Positions 8,193-21,459 of a stretch of DNA of 64,000 nucleotides are shown here, piece after piece. Under the pieces are notes generated by a model. The model made no database searches, had not been told where the DNA came from, and worked only from the letters and a program-made list of their open reading frames with translations. Source of the stretch: an uncultured Acidobacteriota bacterium. Lineage in GTDB: Bacteria; Acidobacteriota; Vicinamibacteria; Vicinamibacterales; UBA2999. Both the position numbers and the translations under genes were made by a program. The DNA is taken from assembly GCA_963839865.1 (NCBI GenBank), contig CAWIWS010000020.1, positions 569,814 to 633,813 on the forward strand, given 5' to 3'. How positions within the stretch are numbered: the stretch's first letter is position 1; the number at the start of each line of letters is the position of its first letter.

Positions 8193-10499
8193 GTGGTTTC
8201 AATGCGTCGGCTGTTCGCGCTTCTCTATATTTGTCTCTGCCTCGGTAGTCCGGCACTCGGTCAGCAACAGGGCGGCGACAAGCGGGTCATTGGCCCGCCG
8301 GCCCCCGACGCCCCTGACGTGATCTCCCGCGACGATAAGGGCCACGCCACCATCCGCACGATGCGGTTGCCGTCCCCGCTTGTCTTCGACGGCGTGCTGG
8401 ACGAGGCCTTCTACTCGGCGGTCAAGCCGATCGGTGACTTCATCCAGATCGAGCCGATCGAGGGCGCCGCGGCCACCGAGAAGACCGAGGTGTGGGTCTT
8501 CTTCGACGACAAGAACGTGTATGTGTCGGCGCGGATGCACGAGAGCGCGCCCGACAAGCGCGTCACCAGCGACATGCGCCGCGATTCGAACAACCTGTAC
8601 AACAACGATCACTTCGGCGTGATGTTCGACACGTTCGACGACAAGCGCAACGGCTACAACTTCTACGCCAACCAGCAGGGCGGGCAATTCGACGCCCAGA
8701 TGACCAACGAGCAGCCCAACCCCAACTGGAACGGGCTGTGGGACGTGCGCACCGCCAATTTCGATGGCGGATGGACGGCGGAGTTCCGCTTCCCGTTCCG
8801 CTCGATGCGCTTCAAGCCGGGCGCCACGGTGTGGGGCATCAACTTCCGCCGGATGGTCCGCTGGAAGAACGAGGTGTCGTTCCTCGTCGCGATGCCGCAG
8901 TCCTACGGCCGGCGCGCCTTCGCCATGGCGTCCTCCGCGGGGACGATGGTCGGCCTCGAATCCCCGGTGAGCCTCCGCAACCTCGACATCAAGCCGTACG
9001 CGCTCGGCTCGAGCACCACCAACAACCGCTCGACGCCGCCCGTGGCGAACGACGTCAACGCGGAGTTCGGCGTGGACGCCAAGTGGGGCATCACGCAGTC
9101 GTTCATCACCGACTTCACCTACAACACCGACTTCGCGCAGGTCGAAGACGACGAGGCGCAGGTGAACCTCACGCGCTTCAGCGTGCAGTTCCCCGAGAAG
9201 CGCGAGTTCTTCCTCGAGGGGCAGGGCACGTTCAACTTCGCGGGCGGCGGCGCGGGCCAGGGTGGCGGCGGGGTGCCCACGGCGATTCCCCAGGGGGGAG
9301 GCGGGGGCGCCCCCAACAACACGCCGGTGCTGTTCTTCAGCCGGCGCATCGGCCTCCAGAACAACGTCGTCGTCCCCATCGTGGGCGGCGGGCGCCTGCT
9401 CGGCCGCGCGGGCAATTACCAGATCGGCGCGTTGCAGATGCACACGGGGGACTCGGTGGACGCCAGTGCCGACCCCACCGACTTCTCCGTCCTGCGGGTC
9501 AACCGCGACGTGCTCAAGCGGAGCCGCATCGGGATGATTGCCACGCGGCGGTCCCCGGGCGCCCGGGGCGACTACGTGAACACGGCCTACGGCGCCGACG
9601 CCCAGTTCAACTTCTTCAGGGACCTGTCGATCAACAGTTACTGGTCGAAGACCGATACGCCGGGCAAGTCGGACCACGACGAGAGCTATCGCGGCAACGT
9701 GGCCTGGAATGCCGACAAGACCGGCTTCCAGGTGGACCACACCTACGTCGGCGAGAACTTCAACCCGGAGATCGGGTTCCTTCGCCGCTCGGCGTTCCGC
9801 CGCTCGTATGCGTCCGCGCGCTACAGCCCGCGGCCCAAAGGCGTGAAGGGCGTGCGCAAGGTTTACTACGAAGGCAGCTACGACTACTACGAGGACGCCG
9901 CCAGCGACCCCGAATCGCGCGAGGCACAGGGCGCGTTTCGCCTGGAGTTCACCAACAGCGACCAGGTCGCGTTCGAGTATTCCGCCCAGTTCGAGAAGCT
10001 GGACGCGAGCTTCAACCTGGGCAACGGCGTCGTCATCCCGCCCGGGGCCTACGACTTCAACCAGGGCAAGTGGATGTACAGCCTGTCGCCGCAACGGCCG
10101 CTGTCCGGGTACCTCGAAGCCGTCTACGGCGCGTTCTACGGCGGCACGCTGCGCGCCGTCACCTACCGCGGGCGTGCGGAGTTCGGCCCGCGGTTCCTCG
10201 TCGAGCCGGTCCTGTCGTTCAACTACTACGACACGCCGTACGGCGATGGCGACTCCAATATCATCAGCACGCGGCTGACGTACGGGCTGTCGCCGCGCAT
10301 GTTCGCCTCGGCGCTCATCCAGTTCCAGTCGGCGAACGACAGCGTCTCCACGAACGCGCGCTTCCGCTGGGAGTACCAGCCCGGCAGCGAGCTCTTCGTC
10401 GTCTACAGCGACGGGCGCAACACCATCGGCGGCGGCTTTCCCCCGCAGCTGGACAACCGCAGCTTCGTCGTCAAGGTGACGCGGTTGTTCCGTTGGTAG
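8193..10499 (+). CDS. DUF5916 / CBM9-like domain outer-membrane protein (paralog 1, intact)
   Basis: Signal peptide. Blocks NDHFGVMFDTFDDKRNGYNFYANQQG, WTAEFRFPFRSMRF and WGINFRRMVRWKNE. Long beta-rich C-terminal region ending ...VVKVTRLFRW. Confidence 0.6.
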   Translation: MVSMRRLFALLYICLCLGSPALGQQQGGDKRVIGPPAPDAPDVISRDDKGHATIRTMRLPSPLVFDGVLDEAFYSAVKPIGDFIQIEPIEGAAATEKTEVWVFFDDKNVYVSARMHESAPDKRVTSDMRRDSNNLYNNDHFGVMFDTFDDKRNGYNFYANQQGGQFDAQMTNEQPNPNWNGLWDVRTANFDGGWTAEFRFPFRSMRFKPGATVWGINFRRMVRWKNEVSFLVAMPQSYGRRAFAMASSAGTMVGLESPVSLRNLDIKPYALGSSTTNNRSTPPVANDVNAEFGVDAKWGITQSFITDFTYNTDFAQVEDDEAQVNLTRFSVQFPEKREFFLEGQGTFNFAGGGAGQGGGGVPTAIPQGGGGGAPNNTPVLFFSRRIGLQNNVVVPIVGGGRLLGRAGNYQIGALQMHTGDSVDASADPTDFSVLRVNRDVLKRSRIGMIATRRSPGARGDYVNTAYGADAQFNFFRDLSINSYWSKTDTPGKSDHDESYRGNVAWNADKTGFQVDHTYVGENFNPEIGFLRRSAFRRSYASARYSPRPKGVKGVRKVYYEGSYDYYEDAASDPESREAQGAFRLEFTNSDQVAFEYSAQFEKLDASFNLGNGVVIPPGAYDFNQGKWMYSLSPQRPLSGYLEAVYGAFYGGTLRAVTYRGRAEFGPRFLVEPVLSFNYYDTPYGDGDSNIISTRLTYGLSPRMFASALIQFQSANDSVSTNARFRWEYQPGSELFVVYSDGRNTIGGGFPPQLDNRSFVVKVTRLFRW

Positions 10500-10509
10500 A
10501 CAAGGTGTC

Positions 10510-12799
10510 ATGCGCCTCCTGATCGCGTCGTTTCTCCTCGCGCTCGCGCCCTCTGCGTTCGCGCAGCCGGCGCCGCCGGCGCCGGGGCACCCCGTGCCGC
10601 CGGAGATCGTGGCGCGCAATGCCCAGGGCCATGCCGTCCTCCGGACGATGCGGCTGCCGTCGCCGTTCCAGATGGACGGGAAGCTGGACGAGGCGTTCTA
10701 CAGGGACGTGAAGGGCGCCGGCGACTTCATCCAGCAGGAGCCCCACGAAGGCCAGCCCGCCACCGACAAGACGGAGGTGTGGGTGTTCTTCGACGACAGG
10801 AACATCTACGTCGGCGCGCGCATGTGGGAGACCGACTCGTCCAGGCGCGTGACGAGCGACATGCGGCGCGACGCGCCGAACATGTACAACAACGATCACA
10901 TCGCGGTGCTCTTCGACACGTTCAACGACCACCGCAACGGCTACGGGTTTTCGGTGAACGCCCAGGCGGGCCTGTTCGACTGGCAGGTCACCAACGAGCA
11001 GCCGAGCAACAACTGGAACGGCCTGATCGACATCCGCACGGCCGACTTCGAGGGCGGCTGGACGGCGGAGCTCGTCATTCCCTTCCGCTCGATGCGCTTC
11101 AAGGAAGGCAGCACCGAATGGGGCATCAACTTCCGTCGCATGGTGCGGTGGAAGAACGAGCTGACGTTCCTCTCGCAGGTGCCGATCGCGTTCGGCCGGC
11201 GCGGGCTGTCGATGGTGTCGGTGGCCGGGAGCCTCGTGGACCTGCAGACGCCCCAGAAGCTCCGCAGCGTGGACGTCAAGCCCTACGTCCTCGGGTCCTC
11301 GACGACCAACAACCGCGCCACGCCGCCGCTCGTCAACGACGGCAAGGCGGAGTTCGGCGTGGATGCCAAGTGGGGCATCACGCAGTCGCTCGTCACCGAC
11401 TTTACCTACAACACCGACTTCGCCCAGGTGGAAGACGATGAGGCGCAGGTGAACCTGACGCGCTTCAGCGTGCTGTTTCCCGGAGAAGCGCGACTTCTTC
11501 CTCGAGGGCCAGGACGTCTTCAACTTCGCCGGCGCGGGCGCCAACCAGGGCGGCGGCGGCATCCCCACCGCGGTGCCGAACCAGGGCGGCGGAGCCGCGA
11601 GCGTGGTGCCGATCATCTTCTTCAGCCGCCGCATCGGCTTGCAGAACGGACTCGAGGTGCCCATCCTCGCCGGCGGGCGCGTGCTCGGCCGCGGCAACGG
11701 CTTCCAGATCGGCGCCCTCCAGATGCATACGGAGGCCTCGGACACCGCGAGGGCGGAGGCCACCGACTTCTCGGTGTTGCGCGTGAACCGGGACGTCCTC
11801 AAGCGCAGCCGCGTCGGCATGATTGCGACGAGGCGCGCGCCCGGCGCCAACACCGACGCCGACGGCTACACCTACGGGGCCGATGCCGCCATCAACCCGC
11901 TGCAGGAGATTGCGGTCAACGGCTACTGGGCGGGTGTTTCAAGCACCACAGGCGCCGCGGGTGCCACGGGGCTGGAGACGCAGAGCTATCGCGCGCAGGT
12001 CAACTGGAACGCCGACAAGACCGGCTTCCAGGTGGACCACAATTACGTCGGCGATCGTTTCGTGCCCGAGATCGGCTTCCTGCGCCGCACGGCGTTCCGG
12101 CGCACTTACGGGCAGGCGCGGTTCAGTCCCCGGCCCAGGACGTGGAAGCCCGTGCGGAAGATCTACTACGAAGGCAGCTACGACTATTACGAGGACACGG
12201 CCGGCCATCCCGAGTCGCGCGAAGGCCAGGGCGCGGTCCGCATGGAGCTCGCCAACGGCGATCAGTGGGCCTTCGAGTATCTCGGATCAGTTCGAGGGGC
12301 TCGACGCATCGGTTCCAGGTGACGCCGGGCGTGGTGGTGCCGACGGGCGCCTACACGTTCAGGCAGGGCAAGGGCATCTACTCGCTTTCCCCGCAGCGCA
12401 AGGTGTCGGGCACGGTCACGGCGACTTACGGCGGGTTCTACGACGGCACGCTGAAGGCGATGGAGGTCCGGTCGCGCGTGGAATTCGGGTCGCAGTTCTA
12501 CGCGGAGCCGACGGTGTCGCTGAACTACTTCGACACGCCGTGGGGCACGGGCGACGCCAACCTGATCAGCTCGCGCTTCACGTACACGCTGACGCCCGCG
12601 GATGTTCGCGTCGGCGCTCGTGCAGTACACGTCGGCGACCGACTCGATGAGCACCAACGCGCGCTTCCGATGGGAATACCAGCCGGGCAGCGAGCTGTTC
12701 GTCGTCTACAGCGACGGGCGAAACACGACCGCCCCCGGGTTTCCGTCGCTGGACAACCGGAGCTTCGTCGTGAAGGTCACGAAGCTGTTCAGGTTCTAG
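10510..12799 (+). CDS. DUF5916 / CBM9-like domain outer-membrane protein (paralog 2, about 4 apparent frameshifts)
   Basis: Collinear with 8193-10499 (NDHIAVLFDTFNDHRNGYGFSVNAQAG, WTAELVIPFRSMRF, WGINFRRMVRWKNE). One break is resolvable as an extra G at about 11482. C-terminus ...VVKVTKLFRF, stop at 12797-12799. Confidence 0.6.
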
Positions 12800-12826
12800 G
12801 ACCGGCAAAGCCGGACGCAAATCGAC

Positions 12827-12864
12827 GGGTCCTACTTTTCCGGGCAGCTGCGGAAAATGGACCC
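12827..12864. terminator. hairpin between convergent genes (putative bidirectional terminator)
   Basis: GGGTCCTACTTTTCCG / CGGAAAATGGACCC inverted repeat, between the DUF5916 paralog 2 stop and the pruA stop. Confidence 0.45.
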
Positions 12865-12885
12865 GGTCTATTTTCCGTCTATTCT

Positions 12886-14520
<1,635 letters not shown>

Positions 14521-14546
14521 AGCTCCATTCTAGATACAATTCGCGC

Positions 14547-16894
14547 GTGAGATCATCCTTGGCGCGCCTGGCGTTGGTCATGCTCGCCTTCCTGGCGATG
14601 CCGGGGCTGCCGCGGGCGCAGCCGGCCGTCCCGGCCCTCACGTTCGGCGGCGACAAGGAATTTCCTCCCTACGAGTATCTCGACGCGGCCGGCCAGCCGC
14701 AGGGCTTCAACGTCGCCCTGGTTCGCGCCCTCGCGCGCGAGGCGGGGATCCGGGTCGAGATTCACCTCGACCGCCCGCGAACAGCGGATGACCGACTTCG
14801 ACGAGGGCCGGACCGACTTCATGTTCCTGGCCAACACGGACGATCGGGCCGCCCGATACAGCCTGCTGGACCAGACGTGGACGCTGGCCCAGGTGCTGAT
14901 GTTGCGGCCGGGCCGGGCGTCGTACCCGTCGGGGCTCGATGGCCTCTGGGGCCTCCGCATCGCGGTGGACCGCGGCTCGATCAACCACCGGCTGCTCGAG
15001 TCGCTGCCCTCGTCCCGGCAGCCCACGCTCGTCGTCACCTCGACGCGCGGGGAGGCCGTGGCCGCGTTCGAGCGGGGCGACGTGGACGGCGTGGCCGGCA
15101 ACCACCTCGCCACGCGGGCCCTCCTGGCGGGACACGACCGCGGCGGTGGAAGTGCCGCTCATGGCCCGGCCCTACCAGCTCGCGGTGCTGCCAGGGCACG
15201 AGGCGCGCGTGGAGCCGCTCCGCCCGGCGCTGGCCCGGTTGAAGGCCGACGGCGAATTCGACCGTCTCGTCGAGACCTACCTGACCAACCCGACCCAGCT
15301 GACATGGCTCGATCGGTACGCGTGGCCGCTCGGCGTCGGCGGGGGCGTGGTGGCGCTGCTCTTCATGGGCTCGTGGGTCTGGAACCGCTCGCTCCGCAAG
15401 CAGGTGCAGGCCCGCGCCGAGGCGATGGAGCGAACCGAGCGGCGCTATCGCGACCTCGTGGACAACGCCAGCGACATGATCTACCGCACCGATCCGTTCG
15501 GGCGGTTCACCTTCGTCAACCCCGTCGCGGCGCGCATCCTCGGCTTCACGGAGCCCGAGCTGCTGACGATGCGGTACTTCGAGTTGATGCGGCCGGACTT
15601 CGTGCCGCGCGCGATGGCGTTCTACGAGCAGTCGGCGAAGTCGCGCGAGACCACGTACCTCGAGTTCCCGGTGCGCACGAAGGACGGCCTCGAGCTGTGG
15701 GTGGGCCAGCACGTGCGGCCGATCCTCACCAGCGGGCGCATCGAAGGCTTCCAGGGATTGGCGCGCGACATCACCGACCGCGTCCTCGCGCAGGCCGAAC
15801 TTGAAGACGGAGCGCGATTTCGTGTCGGCCGTGCTGGACATGGCGCCGGTACTGGTTACGGTCATGGAACAGGACGCGGCGGCTGGTGCGGTTCAACCGC
15901 GCGTGCGAGGAGCTCACCGGGTTTCGCGCGGACCAGGTGCTCGGCAAGCCGTTCTGGGAGTTGCCGTTCCTGCTCGACGAAGACCGCTCGGGAATGCGCG
16001 AGCGCATCGCCGCCCTCACCCTGTTGTCGGAGCCGACACGGTCGATCGCGTGTGGCTCGATCGCACCGGCGGGCGGCGGCTGATCGAGTGGGCGGTCGGC
16101 GCGCTGCCGCACCAGGACGGGCACGCGGCCCACGCCATCGCCATCGGCAACGACGTCACGGAGACGCGGGAGCTCGAGCGACTCAAGTCGCAGTTCGTCT
16201 CCATGGTCAGCCACGAGCTGCGGACGCCGCTGACGTCGATCCGCGCCTCGATGCAGTTGATGCTCGCCGAGAGCATGGCGCACGCGCACCCCGAATCCAA
16301 CCAGCTCGTGCAGGTGGCGCTCTCCAACGCCGACCGGCTGATCCGCATCGTCAACGACATCCTCGACATGTCGAAGATCGAGGCGGGCGAGCTCACGGTG
16401 ACGCCGCGGCGGACGGCGGCCGGCCCGATCGTGGGCGACGCGATCCGGGCGGTGGAGGGCGTGGCGCGGGACGCCGAGGTGTCGATCTCCGTGCCCGTCA
16501 TGACCGGGCTGCCGGACGTGCTCGTCGACGCGGACCGCACGGTCCAGGTGCTGGTCAACCTGCTGTCCAACGCGGTGAAGCACGCGCCGTCGGGCTCGTC
16601 GGTCGAGGTAACGGCGGCGCGCGAGGGGGCGACGGTGGCCATCGCCGTGCGCGACCACGGCCCCGGGATTCCGCGCGCGAAGCTCGATTTCATCTTCGAG
16701 CCGTTCACGCAACTCGACGGCAGCGACACCCGCCGCATCCCGGAACCGGCCTGGGCCTCACCATCGCCCGCGCGCTGGCCGAACGTCAGGGCAGCACGAT
16801 CAGGGTGGCGTCAGAGGAAGGTCACGGGGCGACGTTCACGGTGACTCTCCCGATCGAGACGGGAGAGGGAAGCTTGACGGGAACCGACACTTGA
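14547..16894 (+). CDS. sensor histidine kinase with periplasmic solute-binding (SBP_bac_3-like) domain, PAS domains, HisKA and HATPase_c; 6 or more apparent frameshifts
   Basis: Signal peptide then LTFGGDKEFPPYEYLD. PAS-like YRDLVDNASDMIYRTDPFGRFTFVNP. H-box SQFVSMVSHELRTPLTSI. N/G boxes NLLSNAVKHAP, DHGPGIP, GTGLGLTIARALAE. Confidence 0.75.
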
Positions 16895-17003
16895 CGGGAG
16901 GGGACGCTTGACGGGATCAATCCTCCCGACGAGCATCACTTCCCGTCAAGTGTCCCCGTCCCGTCAAGCTTCCCCCTCCCGTCAAGTGTCGGTTCCCGTC
17001 AGC
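16861..17003. repeat. CTTGACGGGA / TCCCGTCAAG tandem-repeat palindrome filling a convergent intergenic region
   Basis: Three 17-18 bp units ending CTTGACGGGA on the left, three to four reverse-complement units on the right. Unit order on the right arm is permuted (3',1',2'). It overlaps the last codons of the kinase gene. Confidence 0.7.
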
Positions 17004-18410
17004 TACCTGATCGCAATCGCCCTCCACTTCCCCTGCCGGAAGCGGAACACCGTGAGCACGCAGCGCGTGAAGTGGCCGAGGACGATGGCGAGCCAGATGT
17101 CGCTGGGATGCAGCGGCCGGGTGGCCTGGATGATGGTGACCATGCCGAGCGGCACGGCGATCTGCGACGCGAGCGTGATGAAGAGCGGGCTGCGCGTGTC
17201 GCCCGTGCCCTGCAGGCCGCCGGTGTAGGTCAGCGCCAGCGTGATGAAGAAGCCCGACACCGCGAGGTATTGCAGCAGCTGCTGGCCGATCGTGGCGACG
17301 TTGGCTTCGGTGGCGCCGAAGATGCCGAGCAGGGCGTGCGGAATCGACCAGGAACATCGACGCCGACAAAGGCGGCCACGGCGAGGCCGATGCGCGAGGC
17401 GGTATGGACGCCCTGGATCGCGCGGTCCACGTGTCCCGCGCCGAGGTTCTGTCCGGCGATCGTCGCGGCCGCGCCCATCAGGCCCACCGACGTCCACGTG
17501 ATCAGCGAGAACAGTTCCGTGTAGCCGATGGCGTAGGCGGCCTGCGCGGCGGCGCTGTGCTCGAGCGACCCGATGTAGCGCAGCAGCATCACGCCCGCGA
17601 CGTTCATCGCGATGCCCTGCACGCCCGTCGGCAGGCCGAAGCGGAAGAGCGAGCGGATGATGGTCCAGTCGGGCCGCCAGTCCATGTGGCGCGAGAAGCC
17701 GAGGACCAGGTTGCCCTTGAACAGCTGCACCAGCGCGTAGATGCTCACCGTGCGACGACGCAATCACCGTGCCCATGGCCGACCCCGCCGTGCCCATCGC
17801 GGGGATGGGGCCGAGGCCGGGATCAGGATCAGGTTCAGGACGATGTTCAGCAGCGTCATGCTGACGCCGAGGCGCAGCGGCGTGCGGGCGTCGCCCGCGG
17901 CGCGCAGCGCCGAGGTCAGCATGAAGAACAGCAGCATGCCGATGCTGAAGGAGAAGTTGATGCGCAGGAACGGCAGCGCGAGCGCGCGCACCTCGCCGGG
18001 CGGCGTTGACCCAGTTGAGCAGGACGGGCGCGGCGAAGTAGCCGATCGGGCCCATCACGGCGTACATCGCGATGGCGGTGAGGAACGCCTGCTGCACCGT
18101 CTTGTTGACCTCGATCGACCTCGCCGGCGCCGACGAAGCGGGCCACGAGCACGGCCTGGCCGGTGAACAGCGACGCGATGAAGACGATGACGACGAGGAA
18201 GATCTGCCAGCTGACGCCGATGGCGGCGTTGCCGGTGTAGCCGATCAGGTGGCCGACCAGGACGTGATCGACCACGCCCTGGAGTCCCGCGATCACGTTC
18301 TGGAGCATCGTCGGCCACGCCAGCTTCCAGACGGCGGGGCCAATGGGGCCTTCGACGAGCGAGCGGTCGAACGGGGTGTTCTTCTTCTCGGGCGACGCCG
18401 GATCGGCCAT
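17003..18410 (-). CDS. MATE-family efflux transporter, several apparent frameshifts
   Basis: N-terminus WKLAWPTMLQNVIAGLQGVVDHVLVGHLIGYTGNAAIGVSWQIF. Further MATE-like TM segments lie in other frames, e.g. TPLRLGVSMTLLNIVLNLILIP and LQYLAVSGFFITLALTYTGGLQGTGDTRSPL. Confidence 0.7.
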
Positions 18411-18474
18411 CAAGACAAGCAACGCGACCACACGCTGGAGCGCGAGCCACGATTCTACTCCACGGCCCTGCCGC

Positions 18475-20379
18475 CTACACGTCGAGTTCGACGGCGTCTT
18501 CGGCGCGGTCCATGATGAACCGGAAGCGCGCCGACGCGTCCTTGCCCATCAGCTCGTTGATCACGCGGTCGGTCACGAGCTGATCGGCGATCTCCACCTT
18601 CAGCAGGCGCCGGGTCCGCGGGTTGAGCGTGGTCTCCCACAGCACCTTGGGCATCATCTCGCCCAGGCCCTTGAACCGGGTGATCTCCGGGGTGGCGCGG
18701 CCCGGCCTTCTGCCTGATGATCTGCTCCTTCTGCGCCTCGTCGAGCGCCCAGAAGGTCTCCTTGCCGATGTCGATGCGATAGAGCGGCGGCTGCGCGAGG
18801 TAGACGCGGCCCGCCGTCATCAACTGCGGCAGGTGGCGGTAGAGGAACGTCAGCAGCAGCGTGGCGATGTGGTGGCCGTCGGAATCGGCGTCGGCCAGGA
18901 TGATCACCTTGCCGTAGCGCATGCGATCGAGATCGAAGTTCTTCCCGACGCCGCAGCCGAGCGCCGTGACGAGGTCGGCGAGTTCCTTGTTCTCGAGCAC
19001 CTTCGCGGTGGAGACACCTTCGGTGTTGAGCACCTTGCCGCGCAGCGGCAGGATCGCCTGCCGCGCGCGGTCGCGGCCCTGCTTGGCCGAGCCGCCGGCC
19101 GAATCGCCCTCGACGACGAAAAGCTCGCTGGTGATCGAGCCGGGGCTCGTGCAGTCGGCGAGCTTGCCGGGCAGGTTCACGCGGCCCGCGGTCGGGCCCT
19201 TGCGGACGACCTCGGCCTGCGCCGCGCGGCTGGCCTCGCGCGCGCGCGCCGAGAGGATGATGCGGGCCACGATCGCTTCGGCCACCGACTGGTTGTTGTT
19301 CAGCCAGTGCTCGAGGCCCGGACGCACGAGACCGTCCACGCCCGACAGCACCTCGGGGTTGTTGAGGCGATCCTTGGTCTGGCCCTGGAACTGCGGCTCC
19401 GCGATGAAGATCGAGACGATGCCCGTCATGCCCTCGCGAATGTCCTCCGCACTGAGCGTCACGCCCTTCGGCGAGAGGTTGTGGGTGTCGATGTAGTTGC
19501 GCACGGCCTTGCCGATGCCGGCGCGCAGGCCGTTCTCGTGCGTGCCGCCGGAGCCGGTGGGAATGCCGTTGACGTAGCTGCGCAGGTGCTCGTCGGTGGA
19601 CTCGGTCCACTGCAGCACGAGCTCCAGCTTGATCCCGTTCTCCTTCTCGAGCGTGAAGGGCACGTCATGCACGGGCTTGCTGCCGCGGTCGGCGACGATC
19701 TTCTTCAGGTAGTCGACGAGGCCTTCAGCGTGCTGGAAGGTGTCCTTCTGGCCCGGTGGCCTCGTCCTCGAACACGACCTTCACGCCCCGGTGCAGGTAG
19801 CTGGCCACTTCGAGCCGCTCACGGATGATCTGCGCGTCGAACTCGACCTTCGGGAAGATCGTCGGGATCGGGTCGGAAGAACACCGTCGTGCCGCTGCCG
19901 CGCGCGGCGCCGACCTTCTTGAGGCCGCCGGTGGGCTTGCCCTGCTTGAAGCTCATCTCCCACTGGAAGCCGTCGCGGCGGACGGTGGCGACGAGCTCGC
20001 GCGAGAGCGCGTTCACGACGCTTGCGCCGACGCCGTGGAGGCCGCCGGCCGTCTTGTAGTTACCGGCCTCGAACTTGCCGCCCGCGTGGAGCACCGTGAA
20101 GATCACCTCGAGGGCGCTCTGCTTCGTCTTCGGGTGCACGTCCACCGGGATGCCGCGGCCATCGTCCTCGATGGTGATCGACGAGCCGTCCTTGTGGAGC
20201 GTGACGCGGATGTTCGACGCGTGGCCGTTCATGGCCTCGTCGATGGAGTTGTCGAGCGTCTCCCAGACGAGATGATGCAGGCCCGTGCTGCCCACGCCGC
20301 CGATGTACATGCCGGGGCGCTTGCGAACGGGTTCGAGTCCTTCGAGGACGGTGATGTCTTTTGCGGTGTAGGAGGCCAC
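18475..20379 (-). CDS. type IIA DNA topoisomerase subunit B (GyrB/ParE), about 4 apparent frameshifts
   Basis: [51 protein letters not shown], Toprim [33 protein letters not shown]-terminus [18 protein letters not shown]. About 635 aa, without the long GyrB insertion. Confidence 0.85.
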
Positions 20380-20394
20380 GGGATGATTATAGGA

Positions 20395-20485
20395 GGTTCA
20401 ACGCGAGGGTTCAGCGCGGAGGTTCAGCGCACGGGTTCAACACGAAGGTTCAACACGGGGGTTCAGCACAAGGGTTCCGCGCGAT
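20395..20485. repeat. seven tandem 13-bp repeats GGTTCA(A/G)C(G/A)CNNN
   Basis: GGTTCAACGCGAG GGTTCAGCGCGGA GGTTCAGCGCACG GGTTCAACACGAA GGTTCAACACGGG GGTTCAGCACAAG GGTTCCGCGCGAT. Lies between the topoisomerase B start and the DUF1835 3' end. Confidence 0.85.
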
Positions 20486-21459
20486 TCATTCCAGCGCCAC
20501 TGCGGACCTGATGTCGTGAGGTGCGCGCCGCCGAACCATCGGTCGATGCCGTTGAGCGTGATGTGGTCCGCGTGGCCGGCCATCACGCGCTCGCCGTCGG
20601 GTGTGAGGACGAGGCGCGGCGAGGTGGCGTCCTCGCTCCACCACCCAAGGTCGTTCCAGTCCGCGGGCGCGGGGCCGTCGGTTCGCAGCAGCGGCCGCGG
20701 GCCGGCCAGGAGCGGACGGATGTGCCACCACCATGCGGCGTCTCCCATGAAGACCGCGTCCTCGGCGGCGTGATTCGCCGCGAGAAACACCTGGGGCGCG
20801 CCGCCGACGCCGGCCGCCACCGCGGCGAGCGTCTGCGCCTCGGTCCGCGAGAGGCCGGTTTCCGTCGAGGGAAATTGCTGGAGATGGCGGCGAAGCGCCG
20901 GGAAGAGATGCGGAATCGGCGAGGCCCCTGCCGAGCCGATGGCCGAGCCTGAAGGTTCGGCCCCGCAAATTCCGACGAGGCCCGCCGGATCCGGCGAGCG
21001 GAACGCGGCCCAGGCGCGCGACGCGAGGTCGCGTTGCTCGGGCGTCACGGTCGTCCGTGCGTGAAACCACTGGGTCAGGCGTTCGGGTGGCTGTGCGCCG
21101 AGGTAGTCGCCCGCAAGGATCGCGGTGACCCTGGGCCCGCTTTCGGGGAGCCGGTCCAGGACCTCGAGGAGCTGAAGCTGGTCGTACAGGTCGTGCTCGA
21201 ACCACAGCACGATCTCGTCGTCGCTGAGCGCGGCGATGAGCGTGTCGTCCCGACGCATCAGGTGCCGCTCGATCTCCTCCGCGGTTTCCGAACCGAAGCC
21301 GGCGAGGAACCGTGCGCGCTCCGTACCAAACGCGGCCCGATCCGCGTCGGCGCGGACCGGGCCTTCATGCAGGACATCGTCCCACGGCAGCACATGGCCT
21401 GGGAGTCCCAGGTCGTGCAGCCGCGTCACGACGACGGAGCCGTTCGTAACGTGCAACAT
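20437..21459 (-). CDS. DUF1835 (+DUF3658-like) domain protein
   Basis: Intact 340-aa ORF. The N-terminus MLHVTNGSVVVTRLHDLGLPGHVLPWDDVLHEGPV...IVLWFEHDLYDQLQLLEVL matches my recollection of DUF1835. The last about 15 codons lie inside the 13-bp repeat array. Confidence 0.55.
   Translation of the reverse strand: MLHVTNGSVVVTRLHDLGLPGHVLPWDDVLHEGPVRADADRAAFGTERARFLAGFGSETAEEIERHLMRRDDTLIAALSDDEIVLWFEHDLYDQLQLLEVLDRLPESGPRVTAILAGDYLGAQPPERLTQWFHARTTVTPEQRDLASRAWAAFRSPDPAGLVGICGAEPSGSAIGSAGASPIPHLFPALRRHLQQFPSTETGLSRTEAQTLAAVAAGVGGAPQVFLAANHAAEDAVFMGDAAWWWHIRPLLAGPRPLLRTDGPAPADWNDLGWWSEDATSPRLVLTPDGERVMAGHADHITLNGIDRWFGGAHLTTSGPQWRWNESRGTLVLNPRVEPSC

Noticed and set aside
8199-10619. 806-aa ORF on the - strand
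   Set aside because: It is antisense to the motif-rich DUF5916 gene. It has low-complexity Arg/Ala/Val composition and is a shadow ORF.
20380-20490. Possible replication origin / DnaA-box cluster next to a gyrB-like gene
   Set aside because: The repeats are GGTTCARCRC, not TTATCCACA-like 9-mers. There is no AT-rich unwinding element and no dnaA, dnaN or recF nearby. The B subunit may well be parE.
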